Below are positions 18,846 through 29,461 of a stretch of 64,000 bases of DNA, one piece after another. How positions within the stretch are numbered: position 1 is the stretch's first letter; each line of letters starts with the position of its first letter. A program made the position numbers and the translations under genes. The DNA comes from Spirochaetia bacterium (GTDB lineage: Bacteria > Spirochaetota > Spirochaetia > SZUA-6 > Bin103). The notes beneath the pieces are model-generated. The model saw only the letters and a program-made list of their open reading frames with translations. It searched no databases and was not told the origin of the DNA. The DNA lies in the NCBI GenBank assembly GCA_965203905.1, contig CBDBDQ010000005.1:1920001-1984000 (forward strand), in the 5' to 3' direction.

Positions 18846-19556
18846 TCAGGGGCGAGGATAGGGTTCCAATAGATGATCGTCAATGCCGGGAATGAAGGTA
18901 CGGTCCCCGAAGCTCTGCCGCCGGATAATGGCCTGCTGCACTTGCAGATCGATTCCCAACTTCGCGTACATTTTCTTCGCAGCCTCTCGCTTCCTTCTTA
19001 TCTCCGCAGCTTTTTCCATCTCTTCCTCTTCGACTCTCATCCTCTCTGCTTCAGCGACCTTCCTCTTTGCCTCAGCGACCTGAGCATGGTATCGCCCACG
19101 GCGCTTCTCCTGACGATCCTCCTGGTTATTCTGATAGTTATTCCGGTTGTCCCCCTGGCGCTTCAGCCGCGAGTGCTCAGCGCGGCAGTCCTCGCAGCGT
19201 GGCGATCGCGTGGTAATCACCTTCGCGCACGCCCTGTCGGCGACGCCTCTGCATTCCTTCGGCCGGTACTTCTGCAGTGCCGGCGCCGCATCGCTCTCTG
19301 CCTTTCTCTCCGCTTCTGGAGCGGGTTCCTGTTCCTGGTCGCTGGTGGCACTTGGAGTTCCGGCCAGTGCGCTGAGTAAAAGGTCTTCACCACCTGGGCC
19401 GAGTATCGCTCTTGTGTCGCGAAGCCACCTGAGTTCCCGGCGGTACAGTTGCGCAGCACTATCGTCATTCGCCGTGCTGTCGGGGTTAGCGAGTCGCCAA
19501 GCCGCGGCTGGCCCCATGGCTATGCGCGAAAGTGCCATCTTTTCGGTGCGGCGCAT
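18846..19556 (-). CDS. HTH-like protein, paralog 3, with Cys4 motif and coiled coil
   Basis: AWRLANPDSTANDDSAAQLYRRELRWL; C......C.........CEDC; charged coiled coil; start uncertain. Confidence 0.6.
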   Translation of the reverse strand: MRRTEKMALSRIAMGPAAAWRLANPDSTANDDSAAQLYRRELRWLRDTRAILGPGGEDLLLSALAGTPSATSDQEQEPAPEAERKAESDAAPALQKYRPKECRGVADRACAKVITTRSPRCEDCRAEHSRLKRQGDNRNNYQNNQEDRQEKRRGRYHAQVAEAKRKVAEAERMRVEEEEMEKAAEIRRKREAAKKMYAKLGIDLQVQQAIIRRQSFGDRTFIPGIDDHLLEPYPRP

Positions 19557-19627
19557 ACGTGCCAGCGTCCTCACTATTACGGTTGCTTCCCCTATCAAGG
19601 TTATACCCGATCCTGTCCCTAAGTACT

Positions 19628-20011
19628 CTACTTCCCAGGCTTGATGCTGGCAACCTCCAGGCACGCCGACTCGACGCTTGGTTGGCGCTCTGCCAGTCGT
19701 GCCGATACCGTCACCGTCGCGGCAGTAGACGATGGCACCAGCAGCTCTTCGCCCGCCTGCAGCTTCAACAGCACCTTGTCACTTACCAATCGGGTGCCGT
19801 CGATGGCGATCGTTCCCTGAGGGACGCTCTGCAGAATCAAGGTGATGTCCGGCCCGTCGGTCACGTGCTTAAAATGCTCATTCCGAAGCACGACGGCGCC
19901 ATAATGCTTCAGGCGCAGCGCCCGGTCGGCGCCGACATCCCAGCCCTGCTCGCGGGCCTTCGCGGTCACGTCGGTCGATTGGAAGAGGCCCTCAATAAAC
20001 AACAGTGCCAT
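19628..20011 (-). CDS. Hypothetical protein
   Basis: Coding-like codon use, same orientation as downstream cluster; start uncertain. Confidence 0.4.
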   Translation of the reverse strand: MALLFIEGLFQSTDVTAKAREQGWDVGADRALRLKHYGAVVLRNEHFKHVTDGPDITLILQSVPQGTIAIDGTRLVSDKVLLKLQAGEELLVPSSTAATVTVSARLAERQPSVESACLEVASIKPGK

Positions 20012-20431
20012 GTGCCAAGGCCGCCAGTCTACTCTATCACAGCCTGGACTAGCCTGGATGATGCGCGGCTTGGCCTGGTGTGACGAGCCATCATAGAATA
20101 CCGACTCACAAAGGACTTCGGCACCCGTATGTGGCCCGTGGTCGAGGGGCAACGAATGGACGGTACCGCGCCTCTATCAGACGGCCTTCGTGGGGCTGGT
20201 CATCGCATCTGCCTTGCTGGGATAACCGTCAAGGTGCGCTGCTGCAACCTCTCCCACCGTCTGGTTGACGAAATCGCAATAGGAAACCAACAATCAACGA
20301 CATTGAGAGAGTCGTGCGTCTTCGGGTTCATGCCGGGTCGCAATACAAACAGTTCCGCCAAGGGAATAGCTACCGGACCCGGAGCGAATAGGTCAAGACC
20401 CAAGGAAATGGCTCCTGGCCAGGAGGGAGAG

Positions 20432-22510
20432 ATGAGGGCCGTCGTGTTTCTGTTGCTCGTCTTGGTGCTGGGAGGGTGCGATTGGATGATCGGCCCACCA
20501 GGTCCCCCTGGGCTGCCTGGACAGCGCGGAGAACGGGGGCCGGATGGGCCGCAGGGCGAACCCGGGGCCGACGGACAGCCCGGCGAGCAGGGACCACAAG
20601 GGCCGCCGGGAGAGACTGGCCCGCAGGGGCCAACGGGGCCAGCCGGGCCGCAAGGGCCGCCGGGAGAGACTGGCCCGCAGGGGCCAACGGGGCCAGCCGG
20701 GCCGCAAGGGCCGCCGGGAGAGACTGGCCCGCAGGGGCCAACGGGGCCAGCCGGGCCGCAAGGGCCGCCGGGAGAGACTGGCCCGCAGGGGCCAACGGGG
20801 CCAGCCGGCGAACCCGGAGAACCAGGCGCTGGACCGCAGGCACCACCGCCGACGGTCAGTTTGGCAGCAAGCCCGAATCCGGTGAGCGAGGGCAACACTC
20901 TCACGATGCGGGCCACACTTTCACGGACGCTGAACAGCTCGGTGTCCGTCCCGCTGACGCTGACACCAGGCACCGCGGAGCCTGATGACTACGGTCGGCT
21001 GGCGCGCATCACCATTCCCGCCAACAGCCTTACCGGCAGCGGCCGCATTACGACAGTGGACGATGCCGACTCGGACGACGAGACGTTTACGATTGCGTTG
21101 GGCAACCTGCCGCCTGCGGTGACGGCTGGCAGCCCGCCCTCGGTTACGGTGACCATCAATGACCGAACACAACCGCCGCCGGCGGCTCTACCGGTAGTGA
21201 GCATCACGGCGGGGCCGGCGGTAACCGAGGGTGGCTCTGCAACATTCACGGTACATGCAACGCCCACGCCAGCCAGTGCGCTGGCGATACGACTGGGCAC
21301 TGTGGGTAATGTTACCTTCGTCGACCCGGAGCGTCGGGGCATAGAGACGCTGACCGTCGCGGCGAACACGTCTTCGGCCGTCTGGAGGGTCGCCACCATC
21401 GACGATGACATGGACGAGCCGGACGGATCGGTGACGGCGGCCCTCCGCTCCGGCACGGGCTACACGGTCGGCTCTCCGAGGTCGGCCAGTGTAACGGTGA
21501 TCGACAATGACACCGCGCCGCTACCTGTAGTGTCGTTCTCAGCGCCCGGGTTGGATGTCTGGGACACGGACCCCGTAGAAATGGTTGAAGCCACACTTCT
21601 CCTGTCGATTCCGGCACCACAGCCGCTCACCATCAATCTCGGAAGACCAAGATTTGAGGGCGTCTACAGCCATCCGTCGTCTATATCGGTTGCCAAGGGT
21701 GAAACATCGGCGACGGTGCGGATCATTATTCACGACTTCCACTCCGGGTGGCACATTGGCGTATGGGTATTCAGCGGCGATGGATATATCGTTGGAGAAC
21801 TGCGGAGCTTTTACCTCAATGTTTACCACGACGATCGCCCACAGCACCTCGACCCACGCTGCCCCTACCCCACACATTACCCGCTGCTTGATAGGGTATC
21901 CTCTGCCGGCACGCTCTGTGCTACCAGCAACAGAGTGGTCTCGCAAACCACCCTGGATAGAGTAAGTCGCGCATCATCTACGATGCTGCAACACCGCCCG
22001 GACCTCGCGAGAATACTCAGCGCTCCCCCCGATCCCTCGGCGCCGATTCCCGAGCAGCTACGAATTCTCCCTTTTGTTGCTCTGTTCGGTCCAGATGAAG
22101 ACTGGTGCACCGCCTTTCCTGTCTACGTCGAGGCGCTCAGGCTCGACTGTGACGGGCTTTTCTTTCAACAAAGGGGGGTGACCAACAGCTACTTTAGCCT
22201 GTGTCCGGAGAACGACTTCGCCGCCTGCGTCCACCATCTAGCCCGCGCCATTTGGGCAACGCTCGGGAAAAAACAGTGGGACATCAGAGATCGCTTCAAT
22301 GAACCGGACGTGAGCCAGCTATGGAACGGCTTCGCCTTGGCGGATTATGGCACGTTCTTCACCGAGATGACGACGATCTACTTCTGCGTCAACACGAGAG
22401 TTACCTCGCCAGAGATCTACTGTGCCGACGCGCTCAAGGCGTACGACCCGGCAACGTACGAGGTGATCCACGGCATCTACCGAGGATCGGCCGACCTGCG
22501 TAGAACGTAA
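20432..22510 (+). CDS. Surface lipoprotein: collagen-like repeats, Calx-beta-like domains, degenerate zincin-like C-terminus
   Basis: Lipobox VLGGC; long G-X-Y run; two domains with T.DD...EPDG/DDETFT Calx-beta motifs; C-term VHHLARAI...FFTE...YF...[10 protein letters not shown]. Confidence 0.8.
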   Translation: MRAVVFLLLVLVLGGCDWMIGPPGPPGLPGQRGERGPDGPQGEPGADGQPGEQGPQGPPGETGPQGPTGPAGPQGPPGETGPQGPTGPAGPQGPPGETGPQGPTGPAGPQGPPGETGPQGPTGPAGEPGEPGAGPQAPPPTVSLAASPNPVSEGNTLTMRATLSRTLNSSVSVPLTLTPGTAEPDDYGRLARITIPANSLTGSGRITTVDDADSDDETFTIALGNLPPAVTAGSPPSVTVTINDRTQPPPAALPVVSITAGPAVTEGGSATFTVHATPTPASALAIRLGTVGNVTFVDPERRGIETLTVAANTSSAVWRVATIDDDMDEPDGSVTAALRSGTGYTVGSPRSASVTVIDNDTAPLPVVSFSAPGLDVWDTDPVEMVEATLLLSIPAPQPLTINLGRPRFEGVYSHPSSISVAKGETSATVRIIIHDFHSGWHIGVWVFSGDGYIVGELRSFYLNVYHDDRPQHLDPRCPYPTHYPLLDRVSSAGTLCATSNRVVSQTTLDRVSRASSTMLQHRPDLARILSAPPDPSAPIPEQLRILPFVALFGPDEDWCTAFPVYVEALRLDCDGLFFQQRGVTNSYFSLCPENDFAACVHHLARAIWATLGKKQWDIRDRFNEPDVSQLWNGFALADYGTFFTEMTTIYFCVNTRVTSPEIYCADALKAYDPATYEVIHGIYRGSADLRRT
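20600..20808 (+). repeat. 54-bp tandem repeat (~3.9 copies) encoding [18 protein letters not shown]
   Basis: Identical DNA units visible directly. Confidence 0.95.
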
Positions 22511-22523
22511 TAGAAAGAGGCGT

Positions 22524-23048
22524 ATGAAGCCGCTCGTCTACTTCCTTACGCTGCTCGTGGCCGCTGCCTGCCTCGCAGCCGGCTGCCGCGGCGCCACCGG
22601 CCATCCTGAACCAACCCCTGAACCAACCCCTGAACCAATCGACCGCGACGAGTTGCCTCCGGCCCAGCCCGAATCCCCGGTGCCGGTGGTCTTCGGCCCC
22701 ACTGCCGATCTGCAGACCGATCCGTTCGCCCTGAATTCCGCCGCGGTCAGCGGCAACATCCTTGCCCTCTCGGTCTCCTACGGCGGCGGCTGCCGCAGCC
22801 ACCTGTTCCTCCTCACCGCCGCCGAATCCTTCCAGGAATCCTCTCCGGTCCAATTGCCGATGGTGCTCACCCACGACGCCAACGACGATCCCTGCGAAGC
22901 CTATCCGACAGAGCAACTCCGCTTCGATCTCACGCCAATCAGGGAACGCTACCAGAGAGCCTACGGCCAGGACTCCGGCTCCGTCCTGCTCCACCTCCAG
23001 CCGGAGCCCGCCACCAACACCGACCAGCCGCTCGTCTACCAGTTCTGA
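22524..23048 (+). CDS. Putative lipoprotein
   Basis: LAAGC lipobox, PEPT linker repeats, SVSYGGGC..H.F.L...HDA..D.CEA domain. Confidence 0.75.
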   Translation: MKPLVYFLTLLVAAACLAAGCRGATGHPEPTPEPTPEPIDRDELPPAQPESPVPVVFGPTADLQTDPFALNSAAVSGNILALSVSYGGGCRSHLFLLTAAESFQESSPVQLPMVLTHDANDDPCEAYPTEQLRFDLTPIRERYQRAYGQDSGSVLLHLQPEPATNTDQPLVYQF

Positions 23049-23061
23049 CCGCCACCGGGGC

Positions 23062-23451
23062 TCATGCCGGGGCCTCCGGCAGCGCTCCGTTCGGCGGCCG
23101 CCAGGGGCCGGACAACACGCCCTCAATGCGCGCCACGCGATCGCTGAGCACGTGCAGATCGGTGCGTACCTCCGCCAGGTCGGTGCGCACCTCGCGGCGC
23201 AACTCGGCCAAGTCGTTGCGCACCTCGCGGCGTACTTCGGCGAGATCGTCACGGAGCTCGCGCCGCACCTCGGCCAGATCCTCGCGCAGTTCACGGCGCA
23301 CCTCGGCCACAACGGCACTCAGCTCGGTCCGGGTGGCTGCCACGTCGGCTGCCACCACCCCGATGCGGCGGCCCTGTACTATCAGCAGCGGCACCAGCAC
23401 GGCCAGCAGTGCTACGCCGACAGCGACGACGGCGATTATCACGGTAGTCAT
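23062..23451 (-). CDS. Membrane-anchored coiled-coil protein with 11-aa repeats (DUF1640/Bdr-like)
   Basis: N-terminal TM; (AEVRRELREDL)n; C-term RVARIEG. Confidence 0.75.
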   Translation of the reverse strand: MTTVIIAVVAVGVALLAVLVPLLIVQGRRIGVVAADVAATRTELSAVVAEVRRELREDLAEVRRELRDDLAEVRREVRNDLAELRREVRTDLAEVRTDLHVLSDRVARIEGVLSGPWRPPNGALPEAPA

Positions 23452-23815
23452 TGACGCGAGGATAACGGCGGACGCGGGGCAAACCAATGCGCGTTCGGAC
23501 ACAGGCGCCAGTCCGCTCCGCTGATCGGGCAGGCGCAGGCCACGCCGCGGCAACGAGCGCACTCCGGTTCGGGGGGACAGCGTGGCGCTGGGCGCCCCAC
23601 TGCTCCCGCCGACAGCGCGCCGCGGCCGCGGAGTCCGGAGGCGGCCCGCCGGCACGAGTAATGGAGCGCGGATCATCGTGCCACCACTTGCTGCTCCCGG
23701 AGCGAACCAGAGCGTCGGGCCGACCTAACCACATCGTTGGTTGGGTATGTGCCAACGCATCACCCCCGGTGGCGGCGTCTCTCGTGCTCGTCTCTACCAA
23801 AGGGGGGGCTGCACG

Positions 23816-24396
23816 CTAAAAGGCAATCCCGAGGTCTATTCCCAAGCCGGTCACTGGACCGTCGACGCTGATATTTCTCTTGATGTCAGCGGCATCCGCG
23901 AACACGTGATGATAGCCCGTGTGCAGCCGCGGCGTGATCGCCACCGGCCCCCACAAGACTCGGTAGCCGAAGTGTCCGCGAGCACCCAGTTGCACCGCAT
24001 CCACCACGCTGCTTTGGTACCGGGCGTGGAGGTAGCCGGGCTCCAGCGAGACGCCCACAAACAGGCCGCTCGGGGCGCGCCCCGCCAGAAAGTAGTGGGC
24101 ACCGACGGCGCCGCCCAGGCTCCACCGCTCATAGTCGGCGGGATCCACCCCCATGGTTTCGATCAGGTGCCCTTTGCGTTGGAGTAGGTCGCCACCACGG
24201 CGATGCTCCAGTGCTGATCCAGTGCCAGCTCCAGCGATCCTCTGTAGTCCCCGAACAACAGGCCCACCAGGTTGACCCCCACGATGCCGCTTACCGGCTG
24301 CTCCTGGGCGAAACCGGGGACAGCGACTGCCATGCTTCCGGCTGTCACCAGCACGGCAATGACTGTGCAGCGGTAGCTACGTCCGGGCCATCTCAT
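23816..24396 (-). pseudogene. Outer-membrane beta-barrel (DUF3575-like), frameshifted
   Basis: Close paralog of 34456-35037; net 13-nt loss after NAKG (~24165) splits it; C-terminal Phe. Confidence 0.8.
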
Positions 24397-24562
24397 ATGA
24401 TGCCTCCCCCCCTCCCGTCAACGGAAAGCTGCGTTGCCCAGCACCCGGGTCCGGTGCTGGATCGGCGGCCAACCCGCCTACCGCAACCGCGTGTGCCCTG
24501 GGCGCCGGCAAGGCCGTTGGCCTCGCTCCGTACCGCGTCCCGCCGGCTGCGTGAGCGCCTAT

Positions 24563-24982
24563 TCACCCGGCAGCGCGCTTCAGCGCGGCCACGTCGGCCT
24601 TCAGATCGGCAACCTCCGCCTGCAGCGTGCGCAGGTCGACCGCGTAGGCGGAGCGCTCGATCCCGGTCATGACCGCGGCCAGGAGTTGCTGCGGCAGCTC
24701 GCGCAGCAGCGTCTCGTTGCCCGTTTCCACTTCACCGCTCAGCGCGACGAGGGCCTCCCCGTTGGCGATCGCCTTGGCTTCAACACGGTCCAGCCGCTTC
24801 CCATGCTCGGCCACCTGGTCGTCCAGCCGCGCCTGCCGCCCGCGCACGTCGCCCAGGCCGACCCGCACCTCGCCCAGCTCGTCGCGGATCTCGTTGATGG
24901 CGCCGCCGTTTGCACCCACCTTGTCCAGTACTTCTTGCACCGCATCGAGCACGTCCCTCAGCGTCGGCTCGCTCTCGCCCAT
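24563..24982 (-). CDS. Coiled-coil hypothetical protein
   Basis: Heptad-rich sequence; 3' end duplicated at 29317-29421. Confidence 0.65.
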   Translation of the reverse strand: MGESEPTLRDVLDAVQEVLDKVGANGGAINEIRDELGEVRVGLGDVRGRQARLDDQVAEHGKRLDRVEAKAIANGEALVALSGEVETGNETLLRELPQQLLAAVMTGIERSAYAVDLRTLQAEVADLKADVAALKRAAG

Positions 24983-25096
24983 GGCTCGCTACTCTATCCC
25001 GGCGGCGGGGAACCGGCCACTGTCATCGGGGGGCGTGGTGAATTTGACGGCGCACCACGTGACCCGCGCAAACTGCATACTGCTACACTGACGCCT

Positions 25097-26893
25097 GTGA
25101 AATCCCGCTTTCTGATCCTGGCCCGCTGCTTATGGGGCCTTGTATTCCTCGTCTTGGGCCTTGGTCTGGTCTCGGGTTGCAAAGACTCGTCACTGTTGGC
25201 CCCGAAGCCCCTCCCCATCGAACCGACCGGCCGCTACCGCGGGAGCGGTGACCAGGTGTTCGTGCTCAACCCGGACGACGGGATGCTCGACGCCGAACCC
25301 TATACGCTGATCCTGGGCAACGCCTCGCCCGAGGTTTACCTGATCGCCACCAACACCGCCGCCTACCACATGGATCCCCATATCAAGCGACTCGACCTCA
25401 GGGGGCGACGGGCGGCCGTGCAGGACGGCTACGTGCCGCCGCCGAGACCTTCCGCGGCCAGTGCCCGCGTACCCGAACGCGCTTGGATCACCCAGTTCAA
25501 CAACAACCCCCCGCTGGCGAGGAGATCGGCCCCGGCGGAAGGTGCCCGTCTGCAGACGCCAGTCGCAACGAGAGTCGCAGAGGGCGACCGGTTCACCTTC
25601 AGGGACCTGGACGACGAGCAGAACCTCGTCTTCATCCCCGCCACTGCCCGGAGAGTGGTCACCGACGGCGACATGACCGTGGCATTGTGGGTGGCCGACC
25701 GGGACTGGGGGCCGTCCTGCCGCGGCGGCGGGCCGTGCGTGACCGGGGAGATGGTCGACGCGATGGCGGACCGCTTCCTCCGCCCCGGTGTCGGCAACGA
25801 CATCCACGACTGGGTAACGGCCATCTACGGTGATCCCTGGGGGCCGCACCGCTACTCGCACCTGATCCCCGCGGACGCCGCCGACGAGATTCACATCCTG
25901 CTGTTCGACATCCGAGGCGACGGTATCCCCGCACCGGGAGAGTGCCGCATCGTGGGGTTCTTTTGGGCAGTCCACAACTTTCTCCAAGACCCTGATGCTC
26001 CTGCCGAAGTCTCGGCCGAACGGCTGATCTTCTTCATGGACTCGGCCCTCACCGCGTACCCGGAAGGTCTGACCTGGGAGATCACCGACCGCGCGCCGAG
26101 CGTCGTCATCTCCACCCTCGCTCACGAGTACCAGCACATGATCCACTTCTATCAGAAGCCGGTTCTGCGCGATACCGCCAGCGAGACCTGGCTCAACGAG
26201 ATGACCTCCGAAGTGGCGAGCGACCTGATAGCCGACAAGCTGCTGGTGAACGGCCCGCGCGGCGTCCCCTACGACGACCCCTCCGCCGGTGCGCCGGGCA
26301 ACGAAGACGGGCGGCTCCCCTACTACAACCTGTTCAACGACCTGCAGGTCACCACCTGGAACAGCGTGATCGCCAACTATGCCCTCAACTATGCCCTCGG
26401 CGCCTACTTGGCTCGCACCTACGGCGGCGCCGATCTGTTCAGTGACATCGTGCAGAGCGCCGGCTCGGGTATCGACGCGATCGAAGCGGCGCTCGCCGCA
26501 GCCGGCCATGACGTCTCGTTCGGGCAGGTGTTGGCCGACTGGGCAGTTGCGACCCTGCTGTCGGACAGCACCGCGGCCCCGGCTCCGTACCGCTACAATC
26601 CGGGCGCCTGGAGCACCTCGTACGCCGGCGGCGAGCAGTTCCGCTTAGGCTCGATCAACCTGTTCAACTACCGCTACGAGCCACCGGAGATAGTGTCCGA
26701 CTGCATCGGGCCGGACCTCGCCAGTCGCTCGGCCCTGGAAGGGCCTTATCTACACTCCCTGCGCACGTTCAACGCGCGTACGCAGCCGCCTCACTCCAAC
26801 ATGATTGCCACCCTCGGCCGCAACTCCGGAATCGTTCGCCTGTCCGTGAGCGCAGCGCAGGGCAACGTCATCACCGTGGTCGTCAAGGAGTGA
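25097..26893 (+). CDS. Lipoprotein zinc metallopeptidase (M30/hyicolysin-like)
   Basis: LVSGC lipobox; STLAHEYQHMIHF and WLNEMTSE zinc ligands; GTG start inferred. Confidence 0.8.
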   Translation: MKSRFLILARCLWGLVFLVLGLGLVSGCKDSSLLAPKPLPIEPTGRYRGSGDQVFVLNPDDGMLDAEPYTLILGNASPEVYLIATNTAAYHMDPHIKRLDLRGRRAAVQDGYVPPPRPSAASARVPERAWITQFNNNPPLARRSAPAEGARLQTPVATRVAEGDRFTFRDLDDEQNLVFIPATARRVVTDGDMTVALWVADRDWGPSCRGGGPCVTGEMVDAMADRFLRPGVGNDIHDWVTAIYGDPWGPHRYSHLIPADAADEIHILLFDIRGDGIPAPGECRIVGFFWAVHNFLQDPDAPAEVSAERLIFFMDSALTAYPEGLTWEITDRAPSVVISTLAHEYQHMIHFYQKPVLRDTASETWLNEMTSEVASDLIADKLLVNGPRGVPYDDPSAGAPGNEDGRLPYYNLFNDLQVTTWNSVIANYALNYALGAYLARTYGGADLFSDIVQSAGSGIDAIEAALAAAGHDVSFGQVLADWAVATLLSDSTAAPAPYRYNPGAWSTSYAGGEQFRLGSINLFNYRYEPPEIVSDCIGPDLASRSALEGPYLHSLRTFNARTQPPHSNMIATLGRNSGIVRLSVSAAQGNVITVVVKE

Positions 26894-27013
26894 TGCGCAC
26901 CGCGCCGGCCTGAGTTTCGAGGTCGGCGGGCGGTTGCCGATTCAACGAGAGAGAGAAGTTCGTGACCCGTGCGCTGCCGGCTTCGCGGGGCCGTCTGAGG
27001 GGTGGTGGTGAAT

Positions 27014-27042
27014 TTGACGGCGCAGCAAGTGACCCGCATACT
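27014..27042 (+). promoter_or_regulatory. Sigma70-like promoter; related copy at ~25037-25090
   Basis: TTGACG-17 bp-CATACT; GGTGAATTTGACGGCGCA..GTGACCCGC also present upstream of the peptidase. Confidence 0.45.
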
Positions 27043-27252
27043 GCTTCACTCATGGGGCTACTACGGGAACGTCGCGCCGCGGGCTGACGTTACCCAGCAT
27101 ACCATCGAGGGCCACGTCTGGGTGGTGAAGGATACCGGCCTCACCAATCTGTCGGTCTTCCGCGCCGCGCGATCAATCAGCCTTGCTATAGTGAGCTCGG
27201 GTCGTGGCAGTCGGCCGGAGAGCCAGACGCAGGGCGCGGAACAGGCGAGCCG

Positions 27253-27686
27253 GTGAGCGCGACCACCGGCGAGCGGGCGCGGGGCGAGATCCGGAAGCTG
27301 CTGCAGCGCTTCGGCTGTGATTCGGTCGGGGTTCATGGACGAGTTCGCCGAGGGGACGCTAGCTGCTGGCGTTCCGCTACCGCGGGCACCAGGTGCAGCT
27401 CCGCGCGTCCGCCCGCGGCTGGGCCGACCTGTACCTGCGCGAGAACCCCTGGCACACGCGCCGGCGCTGCAGCGAGGCCGAGTGGGGGCAGCGTGCGCTC
27501 GACCAGGGAATGATCGCGGTCAACTCCATCCTCAGAGACTGGGTGCGCGGCCAGGTCACGGCCATCGAGACCGGCATCACCGAGTTCCGCCACGTGTTCC
27601 TGCCCTACCTGGTCACGGCGAGCGGCGAGACGGTTGCGGAGCTGGTCGACCGCCGCGGCGGCGAGCTCCTGGAGCTGCCGGAATGA
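27253..27686 (+). pseudogene. Phage-type hypothetical protein, copy 1 (frameshift ~27360, short 5' deletion)
   Basis: Near-identical to 29462-29907; split over two frames. Confidence 0.7.
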
Positions 27687-28081
27687 ACGGCCGCCCCGAC
27701 GCAACCAGCGCCGGCGACGGCCGCCACGCGCTGCTGTTTCCGCGCCTGCTGCACTACGACCTGACCGCCGCCACCGTCTCGGTTCATGCGGTCGTCGATC
27801 GGTTCCCCGCGGCCGCGATCGTGCGCGCGCTGCAGGCGGCGCTCGGCGGCTGCCTGGTGCTGCTCTCCAGCGGTCTGCTGCTCGGTGCCCACCAGCGCTA
27901 CAACGGGTCGCTGCTGCAGGTCAGCCTCTACTGCCGGTCGTGCGTGGAGGGTGTGCTCGATGCCGTGCTGGCGCAGCAGACCACGGATCGGACCATGACC
28001 GCCTGGCACCAGCTTCGCGAGCAGGTGCCGGCGCTTCTGCGCGAGCACCTGATGCCGGTTTTACCGCCGCCGGCACCCTGA
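27683..28081 (+). CDS. Hypothetical protein
   Basis: ATGA overlap; internally deleted remnant recurs at ~29904-30040. Confidence 0.55.
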   Translation: MNGRPDATSAGDGRHALLFPRLLHYDLTAATVSVHAVVDRFPAAAIVRALQAALGGCLVLLSSGLLLGAHQRYNGSLLQVSLYCRSCVEGVLDAVLAQQTTDRTMTAWHQLREQVPALLREHLMPVLPPPAP

Positions 28082-28208
28082 GGCGTCAGCGAGATACGGC
28101 CCGACGCTTCGTCTGGCCATGCGAGCCAGGGGCCGTGGCTGCAGGACGTCGTGCGCACGCTCGCCCGGGCGTGGCTGCTGCCGTGATGGACGGGGCCCGC
28201 CGCGGCGA

Positions 28209-29246
28209 TCACCTGGGGCGTGCAGGAATCGTCTGCCTGTTCCAGTCCTTCGGGTATGCGCGGTAGGTGGCGTGCGGGTAGACCCTGGTACCGGCTGCCG
28301 GCGCCGCGCCGCCGGCCTCGATGAGGTCGATCAACGACCACGCCTCATCAACGCGGATACCGAAATCGAGATCGCCGATGGGGATCACAACCGGGAAGCC
28401 TTCCTCATCAACCACGACAACTCCGACGCCGCAACAGGATACCGCTACGATGAAGCCCTCGTGGTCGAACACCGGGCTGCCGCTGGTTCCCCCTGTCTGC
28501 CCCAGGTTGAACTGGACCAGCTTGCTGTTCTCCAGCGTTACCTGGGTCTCCTCAAAGTCGTACGGGCGCAACGCACTGATGGTGCCATCCTTGAAGGTGG
28601 CAATCGGGACCGCTTCGAGAGCCGTTATCTCACCGGGGAACCCCAAGGTACCGACCGGCTGCCCTGCCTGCAGCCCGCTGGCGAGCTCTCGCGGGAGAAA
28701 CGATGGCACGTCCCGAAATGACCCGCCATCAAGGTGAAACACGGCAAGGTCAGGAGAGTGGAGAAGCTCCGGATCGTACTCCGGGTGGATCCGGGCCGTA
28801 TCCATGTTCAGCCGGTGCGTGTGAGCACCACCGATAGCGGTGCCGGACCGCACGGCGACCGGGACTGCGGTAACGGCTACGTTGCCGGCGTCGTCTACGA
28901 CACCCCCCATGGCTTCACGTACGGCCTCCGCTACATGGGCGTTGGTCCAAATGGTATCGGGGTAGTGGGCGGCGAACCCGGTGCCGATAAAGATGAACCC
29001 GAGCCGTCCCGGGTCCACTGCTGCATCCTCTTCGGCAAAGCCGACGCCGGCAACTTCGACCCCGATGGCGTAGACGGAGTCGGCCAGGTTGGCATCTGCT
29101 ACTACGGTAGCCCAGTTCAGCGGCTCGCCTTGCGGGGCCGGCTTCAAAGTGCAGGCCCCGAACACCGCGATCGTGAAGAGGACCACCACTCCTAATCTCA
29201 TGAGCACCGTCTGCCGGCTCATCCGTTCTTGCTCGAACAACGCCAT
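28209..29246 (-). CDS. Trypsin-like (S1) serine protease, probable lipoprotein
   Basis: WTNAHVA, PDLAVF, GGTSGSPVF catalytic triad; VFGAC lipobox-like. Confidence 0.88.
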   Translation of the reverse strand: MALFEQERMSRQTVLMRLGVVVLFTIAVFGACTLKPAPQGEPLNWATVVADANLADSVYAIGVEVAGVGFAEEDAAVDPGRLGFIFIGTGFAAHYPDTIWTNAHVAEAVREAMGGVVDDAGNVAVTAVPVAVRSGTAIGGAHTHRLNMDTARIHPEYDPELLHSPDLAVFHLDGGSFRDVPSFLPRELASGLQAGQPVGTLGFPGEITALEAVPIATFKDGTISALRPYDFEETQVTLENSKLVQFNLGQTGGTSGSPVFDHEGFIVAVSCCGVGVVVVDEEGFPVVIPIGDLDFGIRVDEAWSLIDLIEAGGAAPAAGTRVYPHATYRAYPKDWNRQTIPARPR

Positions 29247-29316
29247 CGCACTCCCTCCGTGATGCATCCAGCGCATCCCTCCCGTAAACGGAAAGCTGCG
29301 GCGCCGGAGCGCCTAT

Positions 29317-29421
29317 TCACCCGAAGCGCGTTTCAGCTCGGCCACGTCGGCCTGCAGCTCGGCTACCTCCGCCTGCAGCGCGCGTAGGTCGGTAGCGTAG
29401 GCGGAGCGCTCGATCCCGGTC
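29317..29421 (-). pseudogene. 3' remnant of the coiled-coil gene at 24563-24982
   Basis: TGIERSAYATDLRALQAEVAELQADVAELKRASG vs TGIERSAYAVDLRTLQAEVADLKADVAALKRAAG. Confidence 0.75.
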
Positions 29422-29461
29422 AAGACCGCAGCCAGGCGCAGGGCGCGGAACAGGCGAGCCG

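Noticed and set aside
20500-20830. Eukaryote-derived collagen gene
   Set aside because: G-X-Y repeats are common in bacterial and phage surface proteins; bacterial lipobox present
24434-25096. Long N-terminal extension of the 819-aa peptidase ORF (likewise 20129, 29904, 53183 starts)
   Set aside because: Upstream parts overlap other genes; signal peptides or family N-termini mark later starts
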